A DNA stretch of 61,195 nucleotides, the filler included, from Actinomycetota bacterium (GTDB lineage: Bacteria; Actinomycetota; Acidimicrobiia; IMCC26256; VFJJ01): the NCBI GenBank assembly GCA_009886115.1. It is 4 parts of 4 records of this genome, joined end to end, with 100 filler letters (N's around TTAATTAATTAA, not from the genome) between each part and the next. Parts side by side here need not be neighbours in the genome. Positions count along the whole stretch, not along the records: positions 46,858 to 51,613 come from VFJJ01000020.1; positions 51,714 to 61,195 come from VFJJ01000098.1; 2 more parts are not named here. The stretch is one strand, 5' to 3'. Positions 47,300-56,982 of the stretch are shown in pieces; position 1 is the first letter of the stretch, and each line of letters starts with the position of its first letter. The translations under genes and the position numbers were made by a program. Under the pieces are notes generated by a model. The model was not told the DNA's origin. It ran no database searches and saw only the letters and a list, made by a program, of their open reading frames with translations.

Positions 47300-48241
47300 G
47301 TGAGCAGACGTCTGAACGGCAAGGTCGCGATCGTCACCGGAGCCGGGGGCGGCATCGGACGCGCGCATGCGCAGCTCCTCGCGGCCGAGGGAGCGTCGGT
47401 TCTGGTGAACGACACCGGGCGCCGCACGGGCGCCGACGCAGCGAGCGTCGTGGCCGAGATCGTCGCCGCCGGCGGTGTTGCCGTCGCCGACACGACCTCG
47501 GCGACGTGGGATGGCGCCGCGACCATCGTGCGTCACGCCATCGACGCGTTCGGGGGCCTCGACATCGTGGTGAACAACGCCACCGCGGCACGCAACGCCG
47601 ATCTCTGGACCGTCACCGAAGAGGACTGGGATCTCGCCATCGACGTGAACCTCAAGGGATACTTCGCCATGGTGCGTGAAGCCGCTCCCCATCTGTGCCG
47701 TCAGGGCAGCGGCGCCATCGTGAACACCAGCTCCGGGTCGGGGTTCGGGCACCCTTCTGCGGTCGCCTACGCCTCGGCGAAGGAGGGCGTCGTGGGGCTG
47801 ACGCGCACGATCGCCCGCGAGCTCGGCCGATTCGGGGTGCGGTGCAACGCGATCCGTCCGCTCGCCCTCGGCACCTCGACCGCCGAGTACGCAGTGAGCA
47901 CAGCGAAATGGGGCTCACTCATGGCGCTCACGATGGCGACACAGGGCCCCCAGGAGCCGTACCAGGCAGCCACGCCCGAGTCGCACCCTCCGTCGAAGAT
48001 CTCCCCGTTGGTCGTCTGGCTCTGCACCGATGCGGCCAGCAACGTGAACGGCCGGACCTTCCACGTGCGCGGCGACACCATTGCGCTGCTCAGCGAACCG
48101 GGCCCCGAGCGGGTGATCGTGCAGGAGGGCGGTTGGACGCTCGACGCCCTCGACACGGTGGTTCCGGTCGAGCTCGCGGCCGGCCTCGCGAACCACTACC
48201 GCCTCGACGACCACCCCGAGCTCCAAGTCTTCGAGGAGTAG
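47300..48241 (+). CDS. SDR oxidoreductase
   Basis: TGAGGGIG, NNA, YASAK; SD AAGGAG. Confidence 0.92.
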   Translation: MSRRLNGKVAIVTGAGGGIGRAHAQLLAAEGASVLVNDTGRRTGADAASVVAEIVAAGGVAVADTTSATWDGAATIVRHAIDAFGGLDIVVNNATAARNADLWTVTEEDWDLAIDVNLKGYFAMVREAAPHLCRQGSGAIVNTSSGSGFGHPSAVAYASAKEGVVGLTRTIARELGRFGVRCNAIRPLALGTSTAEYAVSTAKWGSLMALTMATQGPQEPYQAATPESHPPSKISPLVVWLCTDAASNVNGRTFHVRGDTIALLSEPGPERVIVQEGGWTLDALDTVVPVELAAGLANHYRLDDHPELQVFEE

Positions 48242-48264
48242 CGCCAGACGGCCAGAGCTCCGGC

Positions 48265-50388
48265 TCACGGCAACGGATCGATGCGCTCCACCTCGATGGT
48301 TATCCCCGAGGTCTGGGGCATCCCGGTCACCATGTCGACGGATCGGCTGCCAGTCAGCTCGCCGACGTTGGCCCCGCGGCGGCCGTGCACGATGCTCACG
48401 ACGTCGTGTCGCAACGTCGTCTCGATCCGTACGACGCCGGTCAGCGAACCGTGCGCGCTCGAGACCACGACATCGTCGCCGTCGGCGATGCGGCGAGCTG
48501 CTGCCGCCGACGGATGCAACACCACCGTCGGACGGTCGTCACGCACGTAGAGCGCCGAGTTCATCGCCTGCATCTCGCGCCGGGGAACGAGCACCAGACC
48601 GGGGATCGCCTCCGAGCGGCCGGGCTCGACGACCCCGTCCGAGGCGATGACGATGCCAGCACCGATGGGAGCAGGAACCGCGGCGGGCGACGCCACGGCC
48701 GCGGCCAGGCGTTCCAGGATCACACGATCGCCAAGACGCCAACGACCTCCCGGCAGTACCTGGTCGTGGAACCACCCCGGAGTCGGGAGGCGAGCACGAC
48801 CCCGCGAACCGGTCGCGCGCAGCTCGACGGGGTCGATTCCTCGTGAGGTGGCCAGATCGTCGATGAGCAGATCGTCGGTGACGGCGCATGGATCGCGGCC
48901 TGCCAGGACGTCATGGCCCATCCGACGGGCGAGCTGCGCGAACACCCACCAGGAGGGGCGTCGGTCGCCGGCGGGTGCGACGACGGCCTCCGTCCTCTGG
49001 GTCCCGGGTATCAGACGGATCGCCTCCTGCACGAGCACGTCGGCCCGCTCCAGCTGACCGGCGACCGACAGCACATGACTCGCCAGGCCGGTCAGATCGG
49101 TCTCGACGACATCGAGCACCACCAGGAACTCCAAGCGCTGCATGGCCTTCCTGACCCTACTCGCCTCGGGAAAGGCCGTCAGCGGGTTCCCGCCTGCGAC
49201 GACCAGGCCACGGAGATGGCCGGCCTCGATCTCGTCGACCATCGCTGCGCACGGATGCTGGCCCTGCCAGTGCCGCAGCTCGGGCCGCGACTTCGGTCCG
49301 TTGATGCCTCGCTGCGGCCGCTCGCTGTTGGCACGTTCGGGGGCGCCCCCGAGGCCGGTTCGCCGGACAGGCGCCAGCACTCCCGGGTTCACGCGCATGC
49401 CGCCGAGGCCGTCGACCCGGTCGAGCGAGCCGCTCAGGGCGACGAGGGCCCAACGCAGCCAACACGTCAGGAGCCCATGACGGCTCATGGTGGCGCCCGT
49501 CCCGCAGAGCACGGCGACCCGTCCCCGGGCCCGTCGCAACTCGGCCAGGAGCCGCTCGATCGAGTCGACGTCGACGTCAGCGGCCCTGGCGACGCTGGCT
49601 GCGTCGTAGCCCTCCACTGCGGCCCGGAGCGTGACCAGCTCGGCGGGGTCGCAGTGGCAGGCCAGCTCCTCGTCGTCGGCACCGTCGTCGAGGAGCCCGC
49701 GGAGCAGGTACGCCATCAGGAGATGATCGGTTCCCGGTCGCAGCGCCAGGTGCTCGTCGGCGTGCGCGGCGGTCTCGGTGCGTCGAGGGTCGAGCACCCA
49801 GACCCGGCCGCCTCGCCCTCGGAACTCGCGCAGACGAGCGATCGGATCGGCGAACGCGGTCCCGTAGCCGTGTGACACCACGGGGTTCGTGCCCACGAGC
49901 ACCAGAACCTCGGCCGACTCGTGATCCCACACCATGCTCAGCCCGCCCGAGCCGGCGATGAGCTCAGCGGCGGCCACGGCGGGAGCGTTGTCGATCGTGA
50001 GCGCGGTATAGAGCTGGCGCGAGCCGAGGGCCGCGAACCACCGTGCGGCCACCCTGGAGCCGAGACTGTCGTAGGCCATCCCGGTCGCCGTGTACAGGCC
50101 GACGGCGTCGCTGCCATGTGCCGACGTGAGAGCGCTGATACGCGCGGCCACGTCGTCGAGAGCTTCGTTCCACGGCCGACGGTGGCCCCGTACCCGAGGA
50201 TGATCGAGCCGCTCGGGACCATGGTGCCATTGGGGAAGCGCCCGTCCCTTGGCGCAGACGTAGCCCCGCGAGACCGGGTGGTCGACGTCGCCCCTGACCC
50301 GCAGCACTCGTTCGTCGTCGACCGTCACGACGATCCCGCACGTCGCCGAGCAGATCCGACAGAACGACAGCACGTCACGCTCGGCCAC
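48265..50388 (-). CDS. Molybdopterin-dependent oxidoreductase with 4Fe-4S site
   Basis: CRICSATCG...CAKG, GTNPVVSHG, DPRRTETA, RPGTD, GGNP; C-terminal molybdopterin-binding domain. Confidence 0.9.
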   Translation of the reverse strand: MAERDVLSFCRICSATCGIVVTVDDERVLRVRGDVDHPVSRGYVCAKGRALPQWHHGPERLDHPRVRGHRRPWNEALDDVAARISALTSAHGSDAVGLYTATGMAYDSLGSRVAARWFAALGSRQLYTALTIDNAPAVAAAELIAGSGGLSMVWDHESAEVLVLVGTNPVVSHGYGTAFADPIARLREFRGRGGRVWVLDPRRTETAAHADEHLALRPGTDHLLMAYLLRGLLDDGADDEELACHCDPAELVTLRAAVEGYDAASVARAADVDVDSIERLLAELRRARGRVAVLCGTGATMSRHGLLTCWLRWALVALSGSLDRVDGLGGMRVNPGVLAPVRRTGLGGAPERANSERPQRGINGPKSRPELRHWQGQHPCAAMVDEIEAGHLRGLVVAGGNPLTAFPEASRVRKAMQRLEFLVVLDVVETDLTGLASHVLSVAGQLERADVLVQEAIRLIPGTQRTEAVVAPAGDRRPSWWVFAQLARRMGHDVLAGRDPCAVTDDLLIDDLATSRGIDPVELRATGSRGRARLPTPGWFHDQVLPGGRWRLGDRVILERLAAAVASPAAVPAPIGAGIVIASDGVVEPGRSEAIPGLVLVPRREMQAMNSALYVRDDRPTVVLHPSAAAARRIADGDDVVVSSAHGSLTGVVRIETTLRHDVVSIVHGRRGANVGELTGSRSVDMVTGMPQTSGITIEVERIDPLP

Positions 50389-50533
50389 GCCGGATCGTAC
50401 GTCGCCGGTGCCGGCGGCGGCTGTCGTCGCGGGGCCGCCACTCCGTAGCATCCGCGGCGGGCTCACCGGTGGCACCGTGCCGCTGCCACGTTCGGACGTG
50501 GAGGCCCTTGGCGCCGAACGAGGAGCGGGAGCG

Positions 50534-51289
50534 ATGGCACGACTCGACGGGTTGGTCGCGCTGGTCACGGGCGCGGCGCGCGGTCAGGGAGCCGCCGAGG
50601 CGGAGGCTCTCGTCGCAGCAGGTGCCCGGGTGGTGCTCGGTGACGTGCTCGTCGACGAATGCCGGGGGGTTGCCGAGCGGCTCGGTGATGCAGCCGTGGC
50701 GACCGTCCTCGACGTGACGAGCATCGACGACTGGGAGGCTGCCGTGGCGCTCGCCGAGTCGCGTTTCGGCGGGCTGCACGTGCTGGTGAACAACGCCGGG
50801 ATCGTGAAGGTGGCGTCGCTGTTCGAGACGTCTCTCGACGACTACCGAGCGGTCATCGAGGTGAACCAGACGGGCTGCTTCCTCGGGATGCGCATCGCCG
50901 GGGCCGCGATCGCCCGGGCCGGGGGTGGCGCCATCGTCAACGTGTCGTCGACGGGTGGACTCGAGGGCGTTCCGAAGTCGATCGCCTACGCAGCGAGCAA
51001 GCATGCGGTCACGGGCATGACCAAGACGGCGGCCATCGAGCTCGGTCGCTATGGGATCCGGGTCAACTCCGTGCATCCCGGAGGCGTCGACACCCCGATG
51101 CTCGACCTGTCAGACGAGGTACGCGAGACCGGGTTCACCTTTCTCCCGCTCGGGCGCGTCGGACAGCCGGCCGAGATCGCCCGGGTCGTGGTCTTCCTGG
51201 CGTCCGAGGACGCGTCGTACATGACCGGCAGCGCCGTGCTGGTCGACGGCGGCTCGATGGCCGGCCCGCTCGGCTGGAACGCCGACTGA
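50534..51289 (+). CDS. SDR oxidoreductase (3-alpha,20-beta-HSD-like)
   Basis: TGAARGQG, NNAG, YAASK, RVNSVHPG. Confidence 0.93.
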   Translation: MARLDGLVALVTGAARGQGAAEAEALVAAGARVVLGDVLVDECRGVAERLGDAAVATVLDVTSIDDWEAAVALAESRFGGLHVLVNNAGIVKVASLFETSLDDYRAVIEVNQTGCFLGMRIAGAAIARAGGGAIVNVSSTGGLEGVPKSIAYAASKHAVTGMTKTAAIELGRYGIRVNSVHPGGVDTPMLDLSDEVRETGFTFLPLGRVGQPAEIARVVVFLASEDASYMTGSAVLVDGGSMAGPLGWNAD

Positions 51290-51344
51290 GCGTCGCCGGC
51301 GGTAGTCCCGCAGCTGCCTCCGCCACGAGCGCATCGGTTCAGGA

Positions 51345-51396
51345 TGCAGGGTCGTGCAGGGTCGTGCAGGGTCGTGCAGGGGCGCGCAGGGCGCGC
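51345..51396. repeat. 10-bp tandem repeat TGCAGGGTCG x3 plus degenerate copies
   Basis: Seen directly in the sequence. Confidence 0.8.
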
Positions 51397-51613
51397 TCAT
51401 CCGTCAGGTGGCGAGGTCCCCGAACCGTCGGAAGCCCGGTGTGGTAGCGAAGCCGGCGGGGATGCGGGGTGGGGAGGGGTCGGGCTTGGCGTCGGCGTGG
51501 TAGTGCGGCTGTGGGTCGGAGCTCCAGATCGTGGCGGGGTCGAACACCGCGGTCACCGTCCGGATCGCAGTGCCACCAACGGCTGAGGCCGGAGCGACTG
51601 AGATCGGGGCGGC

Positions 51614-51713
51614 NNNNNNNNNNNNNNNNNNNNNNNNNNNNNNNNNNNNNNNNNNNNTTAATTAATTAANNNNNNNNNNNNNNNNNNNNNNNNNNNNNNN
51701 NNNNNNNNNNNNN
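51614..51713. other. Artificial contig linker
   Basis: N44-TTAATTAATTAA-N44. Confidence 0.99.
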
Positions 51714-52266
51714 GGCCGCCGTCGTCGAGGTTGTCGACGTGCTCACGCACCACGCCGCCCACGAGGACCGGGCCATCCAACCCTCGATCGAGCGGCACCT
51801 GCCGTCGCTCGCCGCACGAATCGTGGTCGACCACGAGGCGCTCGAAACCCGCATGGCGCACTTCGTCTCCCTGGCGGAGATCGCCGTCGAGGCGCTGGAG
51901 CCCGAGCGCCGGATCGCCGTCCACCGGCTCTACGCCGAGTTGGCGACGTTCACCAGCGCGTACCTGGCGCACCAGGACTACGAGGACCGCGTGATCATGC
52001 CGGCGCTCGAAGCCGCCGTGGGCCTGGACGCCACGATGGCCATCCACGTCGACATCGTCATGAGCATCGCGCCCGATGTCATGGCCCGCTTCCTCGCCAT
52101 CATGATCCCGGCCATGAACCTCGATGACCGCTCCGAGCTGCTCGGCGGCATGCGAGCCGTCGCTCCTCCAGAGGTCTTCGAGGGCGTGTGGGGCCTGACG
52201 ACGACGATCCTGTCACCCGCCGATCTCGCCCCCCTTGCCGCCCGGCTCGCGATCGCCTCCCAGTAG
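51714..52266 (+). CDS. Hemerythrin-domain protein, 5' truncated
   Basis: HAAHED, DHEALE, YLAHQDYED (HxxxE pairs). Confidence 0.8.
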
Positions 52267-52424
52267 GGCGGGTCGCGGCGAGAGGGCGCCGCAGGATCGG
52301 GCTCGCGGTCTCGGGCTGGCGGTTGCTGCTCATCCGGTGAGCGTCACCGGGTGAGCACGCGGCCCCCGGCTGCCCCGGGGTTCGACCTCTCCGCATCGAT
52401 GCGCGGGAGGCGACCGACGGTGCG

Positions 52425-52922
52425 TCAGGCGCCGGCGCCGGGCGGGCCACCGATCGGCCGGACGCGTGGGGTCGACATGGTGTCGCTGACCCGTTCCCAC
52501 ACGATCTCGACGCGATCGCCGATCTGCACGGTTTCGACGTCGACGTCGACGATGTTGCAGATCATCCGGGCGCCGGCGCCCTGGGTCCCGTCGAGCTCGA
52601 TGACGCCGGAGGCGTACGGGACCGTCGGCGCCAGGTCAGGGGCGAGGGGATGGCGCACGATCGTGAACGTGTAGATGGTGCCCGTCCCCGGCAGCTCCAC
52701 CCACTCGGTGTCGGTGTGCTGGCATGCGTAGCAGTACGGCGCCGGCGGGATGCGGAACGTGCCGCAGTTGGTGCAGCGGGTCGCGACGAGCCGACCGTCA
52801 GCCGCGGCGTCCCAGAACGGTTGGGTCGTCTCGTCGGCGTGGGGGTCCTTCAGGATCGACGGGAACACGCCCTGGCGCAGCTCGCCGAAGGGGTTCGGCG
52901 TGGCGGTGGAGGAGTCGGTCAT
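52425..52922 (-). CDS. Zn-ribbon/OB-fold (DUF35) protein
   Basis: PFWDAA, CTNC...CYAC, GTIYTFT, VPY. Confidence 0.92.
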   Translation of the reverse strand: MTDSSTATPNPFGELRQGVFPSILKDPHADETTQPFWDAAADGRLVATRCTNCGTFRIPPAPYCYACQHTDTEWVELPGTGTIYTFTIVRHPLAPDLAPTVPYASGVIELDGTQGAGARMICNIVDVDVETVQIGDRVEIVWERVSDTMSTPRVRPIGGPPGAGA

Positions 52923-52929
52923 GGCTGGT

Positions 52930-54150
52930 TCACCTTCTCAGCAGGGTGGCGCTGACGGGGAGGCTGGCGGGACCGCCAGTGACCAGCGCGATCTCGGCGT
53001 CTTCGACCTGGTTGACAGCCACGCCCCGGAGTTGCTCGACGGCCTCTCGTACGTGGGTCATGCCGATGATGTAGGCCTCCGACAAGTTCCCGCCGTGGGT
53101 GTTCACCGGGATCGAGCCCGTGCCCCAGCGGATGTTGCCGTCGGCGACGAAGGGGCCGCCTTCACCGATACCGCAGAACCCGTAGTCCTCGAGCTGCATG
53201 ATGACCATCGGCGAGAAGTGGTCGTACAGCAGGGCGACGTCGACGTCGCCCGGGGTGATGCCGGCCATCTCGTACACCCGCTTGGCGACGGGACGATGGC
53301 CCGACGATGCGAATTCGTCGTCGGGCGCCTGGAAGTACCGGAAGATGGCCGGGCCCCAACGACCCGTCCCGCCGTGGGCCGAGCCCATGATGTACACCGG
53401 GGGCTGGCGCAGGTCGCGGGCCCGCTCGGCCGAGACCGTGATGACCGCCACCGCGCCGTCGCTCTCCATCGTGTAGTCGAGCAGGCACAGCGGGTCGGAG
53501 ATCATGCGGGCGTTGAAGTAGTCGTCGATCGTGAGCGGCTTGCGGTTGAGCGCCGTGAGCGGCCGACGGATGGCGTTCTCGCGGCTCGACATGACGACCT
53601 CGGCCATGTGCTCGCGCTTGGTGCCGTACTGGTGCATGTGGCGCTTGGTGAGCAGCGAGAAGCTGTGGCCCGGCGACAGCAGCCCGTTGTTGGCGGTGAA
53701 TGCCACCGACGGACCGATGCCACTGCCGCCATACGCCCCACCGCCTTCCGACATGGTGGCGTACGCCAGCACGCCGTCGACGGCCGAGCCACCTAGCCGC
53801 CGCTTGTGCTGTTGCAGCGTCATGAGCGTCACGCACACGTTGGCCATCCCCCCGTGGATGGCCGCCGCCGCCAGACCCAGCGCGCCAGCGCATCCGCCGC
53901 CGCCCGAGGTGAGGCTCGCCGCGAAGCGGACCTCGGGCACACCGAGCGTCGACGCGACCTGCGCGGGATCGCACGAGTAGGAGTAGATGGCGAACCCGTC
54001 GAGGTCGTTGATGGTGAGCCCGGCATCCTCGAGGGCGAGGAGCGTGGCCTTGCAGGCCATCTCCAACTCGCTCTGCGGGTACGACTGGCCCCGCTTGTAG
54101 TACGGGGTGGCGCCCACCCCGACGACTGCTGCTTGGTCCTTGATGCTCAT
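52930..54150 (-). CDS. Thiolase-like (SCP-x/Ltp2-type) protein
   Basis: VGVGAT, DPLCLLDY, DGAVA, LYDHF, VNTHGGNLSEAY; paired with DUF35. Confidence 0.9.
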   Translation of the reverse strand: MSIKDQAAVVGVGATPYYKRGQSYPQSELEMACKATLLALEDAGLTINDLDGFAIYSYSCDPAQVASTLGVPEVRFAASLTSGGGGCAGALGLAAAAIHGGMANVCVTLMTLQQHKRRLGGSAVDGVLAYATMSEGGGAYGGSGIGPSVAFTANNGLLSPGHSFSLLTKRHMHQYGTKREHMAEVVMSSRENAIRRPLTALNRKPLTIDDYFNARMISDPLCLLDYTMESDGAVAVITVSAERARDLRQPPVYIMGSAHGGTGRWGPAIFRYFQAPDDEFASSGHRPVAKRVYEMAGITPGDVDVALLYDHFSPMVIMQLEDYGFCGIGEGGPFVADGNIRWGTGSIPVNTHGGNLSEAYIIGMTHVREAVEQLRGVAVNQVEDAEIALVTGGPASLPVSATLLRR

Positions 54151-54193
54151 GGCCCGCCCATCGTGGTGCTCGTCGTGGTGCTCATGGTGGTGT

Positions 54194-54793
54194 TCACAGC
54201 GGCGGCGTCGGGTCGTCGTCGATCGTGTAGTTCTCGATCATGACCTCGCCCGAAGCGGTGTCGAGCACGGCGTACGAGAGCTGCCGACCGTTGCTGAGGT
54301 CGCGGGCCTCGCCGACCGAGCCGGGGTTGATCACCAGGGCCCGTCCGATCCGTTCCGCCATCTGGGCATGCGTGTGGCCGAGCACCACGTAGTCGGCGTC
54401 GATCTCGGCCAGACGACGCAGCTCGGGTGAGCCCTTCCACACGTACTGGGTGTGGGGCGTACAGGGACTGGCGTGCACCATCACCAAGGTGCGGCCGTCG
54501 AGGCGGACCTCATGGCGCAGCGGCTGCGCGCCGAGGTGGTCGACGAGCTCGGGACGGACGTGCGCCGCGCCGCGGGCCCGAGCGCCATGAGGGCCGAGGA
54601 GGTTGATGTCGTGGTTGCCCAGGACGCACATGGCGTTGCGCTCCCGGAGGAGCTCGACGACCTCGTTGTCGAAGCGGTACTCCTCGACCATGTCGCCCGC
54701 ACACAGCAGCTCGTCGACGTCGCCCATGCGAGAGAGCGCGCCGCGCAGGCCCTTGGCGTTGCTGTGGATGTCGGACACGATGCCGACGCGCAT
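54194..54793 (-). CDS. Calcineurin-like metallophosphoesterase
   Basis: SDIHSN, GD, GNHD, HASP, GHTH, NPGSVG. Confidence 0.93.
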   Translation of the reverse strand: MRVGIVSDIHSNAKGLRGALSRMGDVDELLCAGDMVEEYRFDNEVVELLRERNAMCVLGNHDINLLGPHGARARGAAHVRPELVDHLGAQPLRHEVRLDGRTLVMVHASPCTPHTQYVWKGSPELRRLAEIDADYVVLGHTHAQMAERIGRALVINPGSVGEARDLSNGRQLSYAVLDTASGEVMIENYTIDDDPTPPL

Positions 54794-54865
54794 CCGCTGC
54801 CTCCGGCGTGCTGGGCGGTCTCACGGGCTCAGGGTCGTGCGACCCTAGCAAGACCGCCAGCCGGA

Positions 54866-54925
54866 GTGAGAACGCGGTTTTCAGTGCCGACGTCGGCGTC
54901 TGGTAGCGTGAGAACGCTGTTTTCA
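54866..54925. promoter_or_regulatory. Two palindromic operator-like sites GTGAGAACGC(G/T)GTTTTCA, 42 bp apart
   Basis: 54866-54883 and 54908-54925 in a divergent promoter region; the second overlaps a TAGCGT -10. Confidence 0.7.
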
Positions 54926-54948
54926 CCCGTCGCCGAGGAGCGTGCACG

Positions 54949-56094
54949 ATGACCGAGAGCTCCGAGCGCTCCGAGCACCCCGAGACCATGATCTGGGCGA
55001 ACTCCGGTGACGCCCACCTGGTGGAGCCGGCCGACCTGTTCACGACCAGCCTCCCGGCGGACTTGGCCGAGCGCATGCCCCGCAGCGTCAAGGACGCCGA
55101 CGGGCGGTGGGAGACGCTCCACATCGACGGAGCCGAGTACCGCCGACGCATCCCCAAGCTGTCAGACGCCGAGACCGGCCAGGACGTCTTCGAGCGCGCC
55201 CCCAACGCCAACGACCCGGTGCGGCGGTTGCTCGATCTCAATCAGGAGGGCATCTGGGCCGAGCTGGTGTATCCGTCCATCGGCATCTGGACAGCGTCGA
55301 TCACCGACCCCGTCCTGCTCCGGGTCGGGTCCGAGGCCATCAACGACTGGGCGATCGAGTTCCAGCGCTCGTCGCCCCGATACGTCCCCACGGCCACCAT
55401 CCCGCTGCTCGATCCAGCCGACGCCGTGGCCGAGATCGTGCGGGCCACGGGCATGAGCTTCAAGGCCGGCTTCTTCTCGGTCACGCCGCCCACGGGAGTC
55501 GACGACTGGCAGTCGGAGATCTGGGAGCCGGTCTGGGCCACTCTGGCCGAGACGGGCATGGTGTTGGCCTTCCACATCGGCACCGAGCCGCACGAGGCCG
55601 ACTCGAACCCTGGCGGGTACTTCCGCGGCCGCGGTGGGGCGCTCCTCAACTACATGGAGACCACCTACGGCGGTCAACGAGCGGTCACCAAGCTCATCGC
55701 CACGGGGGTGTTCGACCGCCATCCCGCGTTGAAGGTCGTGGTGTCGGAGGGCGGCGCCACCTGGGGACCGTTCGTGGCCGACCGGCTCGACGAGGCCTAC
55801 CGGACGCATTTCTCGGCGGTACGGCCTCGCCTCGACCGGCTCCCGAGCGAGTACCTGTACACGAACGTCTACGCGTCGTTCCAGCACGATCGCTCGGCCG
55901 TGGCCGCGGCGACGGCGATGGGCTGGACGAACGTCATGTGGGGCAGCGACTACCCGCACCTGGAAGGGACGTTCGGCCACACCCAGAAGACGCTCCATGA
56001 GCTCTTCGACGACGTGCCCGAGACCAGTCGGCATCGCATCACCGTGGGCGCGTTCGCCGAGCTCTTCCCGCACGTCCCTCCGGCGCCCGAGTGA
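54949..56094 (+). CDS. Amidohydrolase_2 family protein
   Basis: SGDAHLVEP, FHIG, FDRHPALKVVVSEGG, WGSDYPHLEG. Confidence 0.92.
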   Translation: MTESSERSEHPETMIWANSGDAHLVEPADLFTTSLPADLAERMPRSVKDADGRWETLHIDGAEYRRRIPKLSDAETGQDVFERAPNANDPVRRLLDLNQEGIWAELVYPSIGIWTASITDPVLLRVGSEAINDWAIEFQRSSPRYVPTATIPLLDPADAVAEIVRATGMSFKAGFFSVTPPTGVDDWQSEIWEPVWATLAETGMVLAFHIGTEPHEADSNPGGYFRGRGGALLNYMETTYGGQRAVTKLIATGVFDRHPALKVVVSEGGATWGPFVADRLDEAYRTHFSAVRPRLDRLPSEYLYTNVYASFQHDRSAVAAATAMGWTNVMWGSDYPHLEGTFGHTQKTLHELFDDVPETSRHRITVGAFAELFPHVPPAPE

Positions 56095-56111
56095 CAGCCG
56101 GAGCAAGCCCG

Positions 56112-56159
56112 CAACTGTCAGCGTGGCGGGCCGTATACGGCCCGCCACGCTGACAGTTG
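56112..56159. repeat. REP-like perfect 48-bp palindrome, copy 2
   Basis: CAACTGTCAGCGTGGCGGGCCGTA|TACGGCCCGCCACGCTGACAGTTG between convergent genes. Confidence 0.9.
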
Positions 56160-56176
56160 GCGGTGGGTAGGGGTTG

Positions 56177-56902
56177 TCAGCCGAGGCGGCAGCCGAGAAT
56201 GCGCCCGACGATGTCGAGGGTCTCGGTACGGGCGTTCGCCCAGGCCGGGCTCGATTCGCCGTGGAGACGGGTCTCGAGCAGGCCGGTCACGATCGCCTGG
56301 AGGGCCCGCGCGTCCTGCTCGGGCTTGACCGTCGGGAACGCGCCCGTGCGCTGCCCCGTCTGCAGGATCTCCGACAGGATCGCCAATGATCCCTTGAGGC
56401 TCTCGGTCTGAGCGCGCCGGAATCCCGTCGTCTGACGAGCCTCGGATGACGACAGCACTCGTACCCGGTTGGCGCGGCGGGGATCGAAGGCGATGGCCAA
56501 CCAATGGTCGACCCAGGCCTCGATGGCCCCGACCGGTGAGTCGGCCCCGGAGACCGCCGCCGACAGCTCGGCAGCCACGCGCTCGCTGTCGGCGTGGTAC
56601 ATGGCCAGGATCAGGGCGTCCTTGGAAGCGAAGTGCCGGTAGAACTCCCGAGTCGAGAGCCGGGCCTCGGTCAGGATCTCGTGCACCGAGGTCGAGCCCG
56701 ATTCGCTCTGGCCGATGAGCCGGTAGGCCGCCCGGAGGATCGCCCGACGTTCGGCGTCGAGCTTGGCCGACGCTGAGTCCGACGCTTGACCTCTGGGCGC
56801 GTCGGGCGCGTCGGGCGCGTCGGGCGGAGGACCGTCGTTCTCGGTGGCACGCGCCCGAGGTCGCGCCGTCGCGTCCGCGTCCGATCCCGATCCCGATCCC
56901 AT
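56177..56902 (-). CDS. TetR/AcrR family regulator
   Basis: ILRAAYRLI...SVHEILTEARLSTREFYRHFASKDAL. Confidence 0.9.
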   Translation of the reverse strand: MGSGSGSDADATARPRARATENDGPPPDAPDAPDAPRGQASDSASAKLDAERRAILRAAYRLIGQSESGSTSVHEILTEARLSTREFYRHFASKDALILAMYHADSERVAAELSAAVSGADSPVGAIEAWVDHWLAIAFDPRRANRVRVLSSSEARQTTGFRRAQTESLKGSLAILSEILQTGQRTGAFPTVKPEQDARALQAIVTGLLETRLHGESSPAWANARTETLDIVGRILGCRLG

Positions 56903-56982
56903 TGCCGCACAGTATGGACGACCCGGTCGCCGCTCCAGCGACCTCGACTCGTCATCGCCGTGCGTACTGGCGCGCAGTGGCG

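Noticed and set aside
51345..51396. Tandem repeats as a possible CRISPR array
   Set aside because: Head-to-tail 10-bp units with no spacers and no cas genes.
51403..51613. Open minus-strand frame at the end of contig 3
   Set aside because: About 69 codons of a truncated frame with no recognisable motif.
17466..51713. Three TTAATTAATTAA elements flanked by N runs
   Set aside because: Artificial contig linkers, not biological repeats; ORFs running into them are artefacts.
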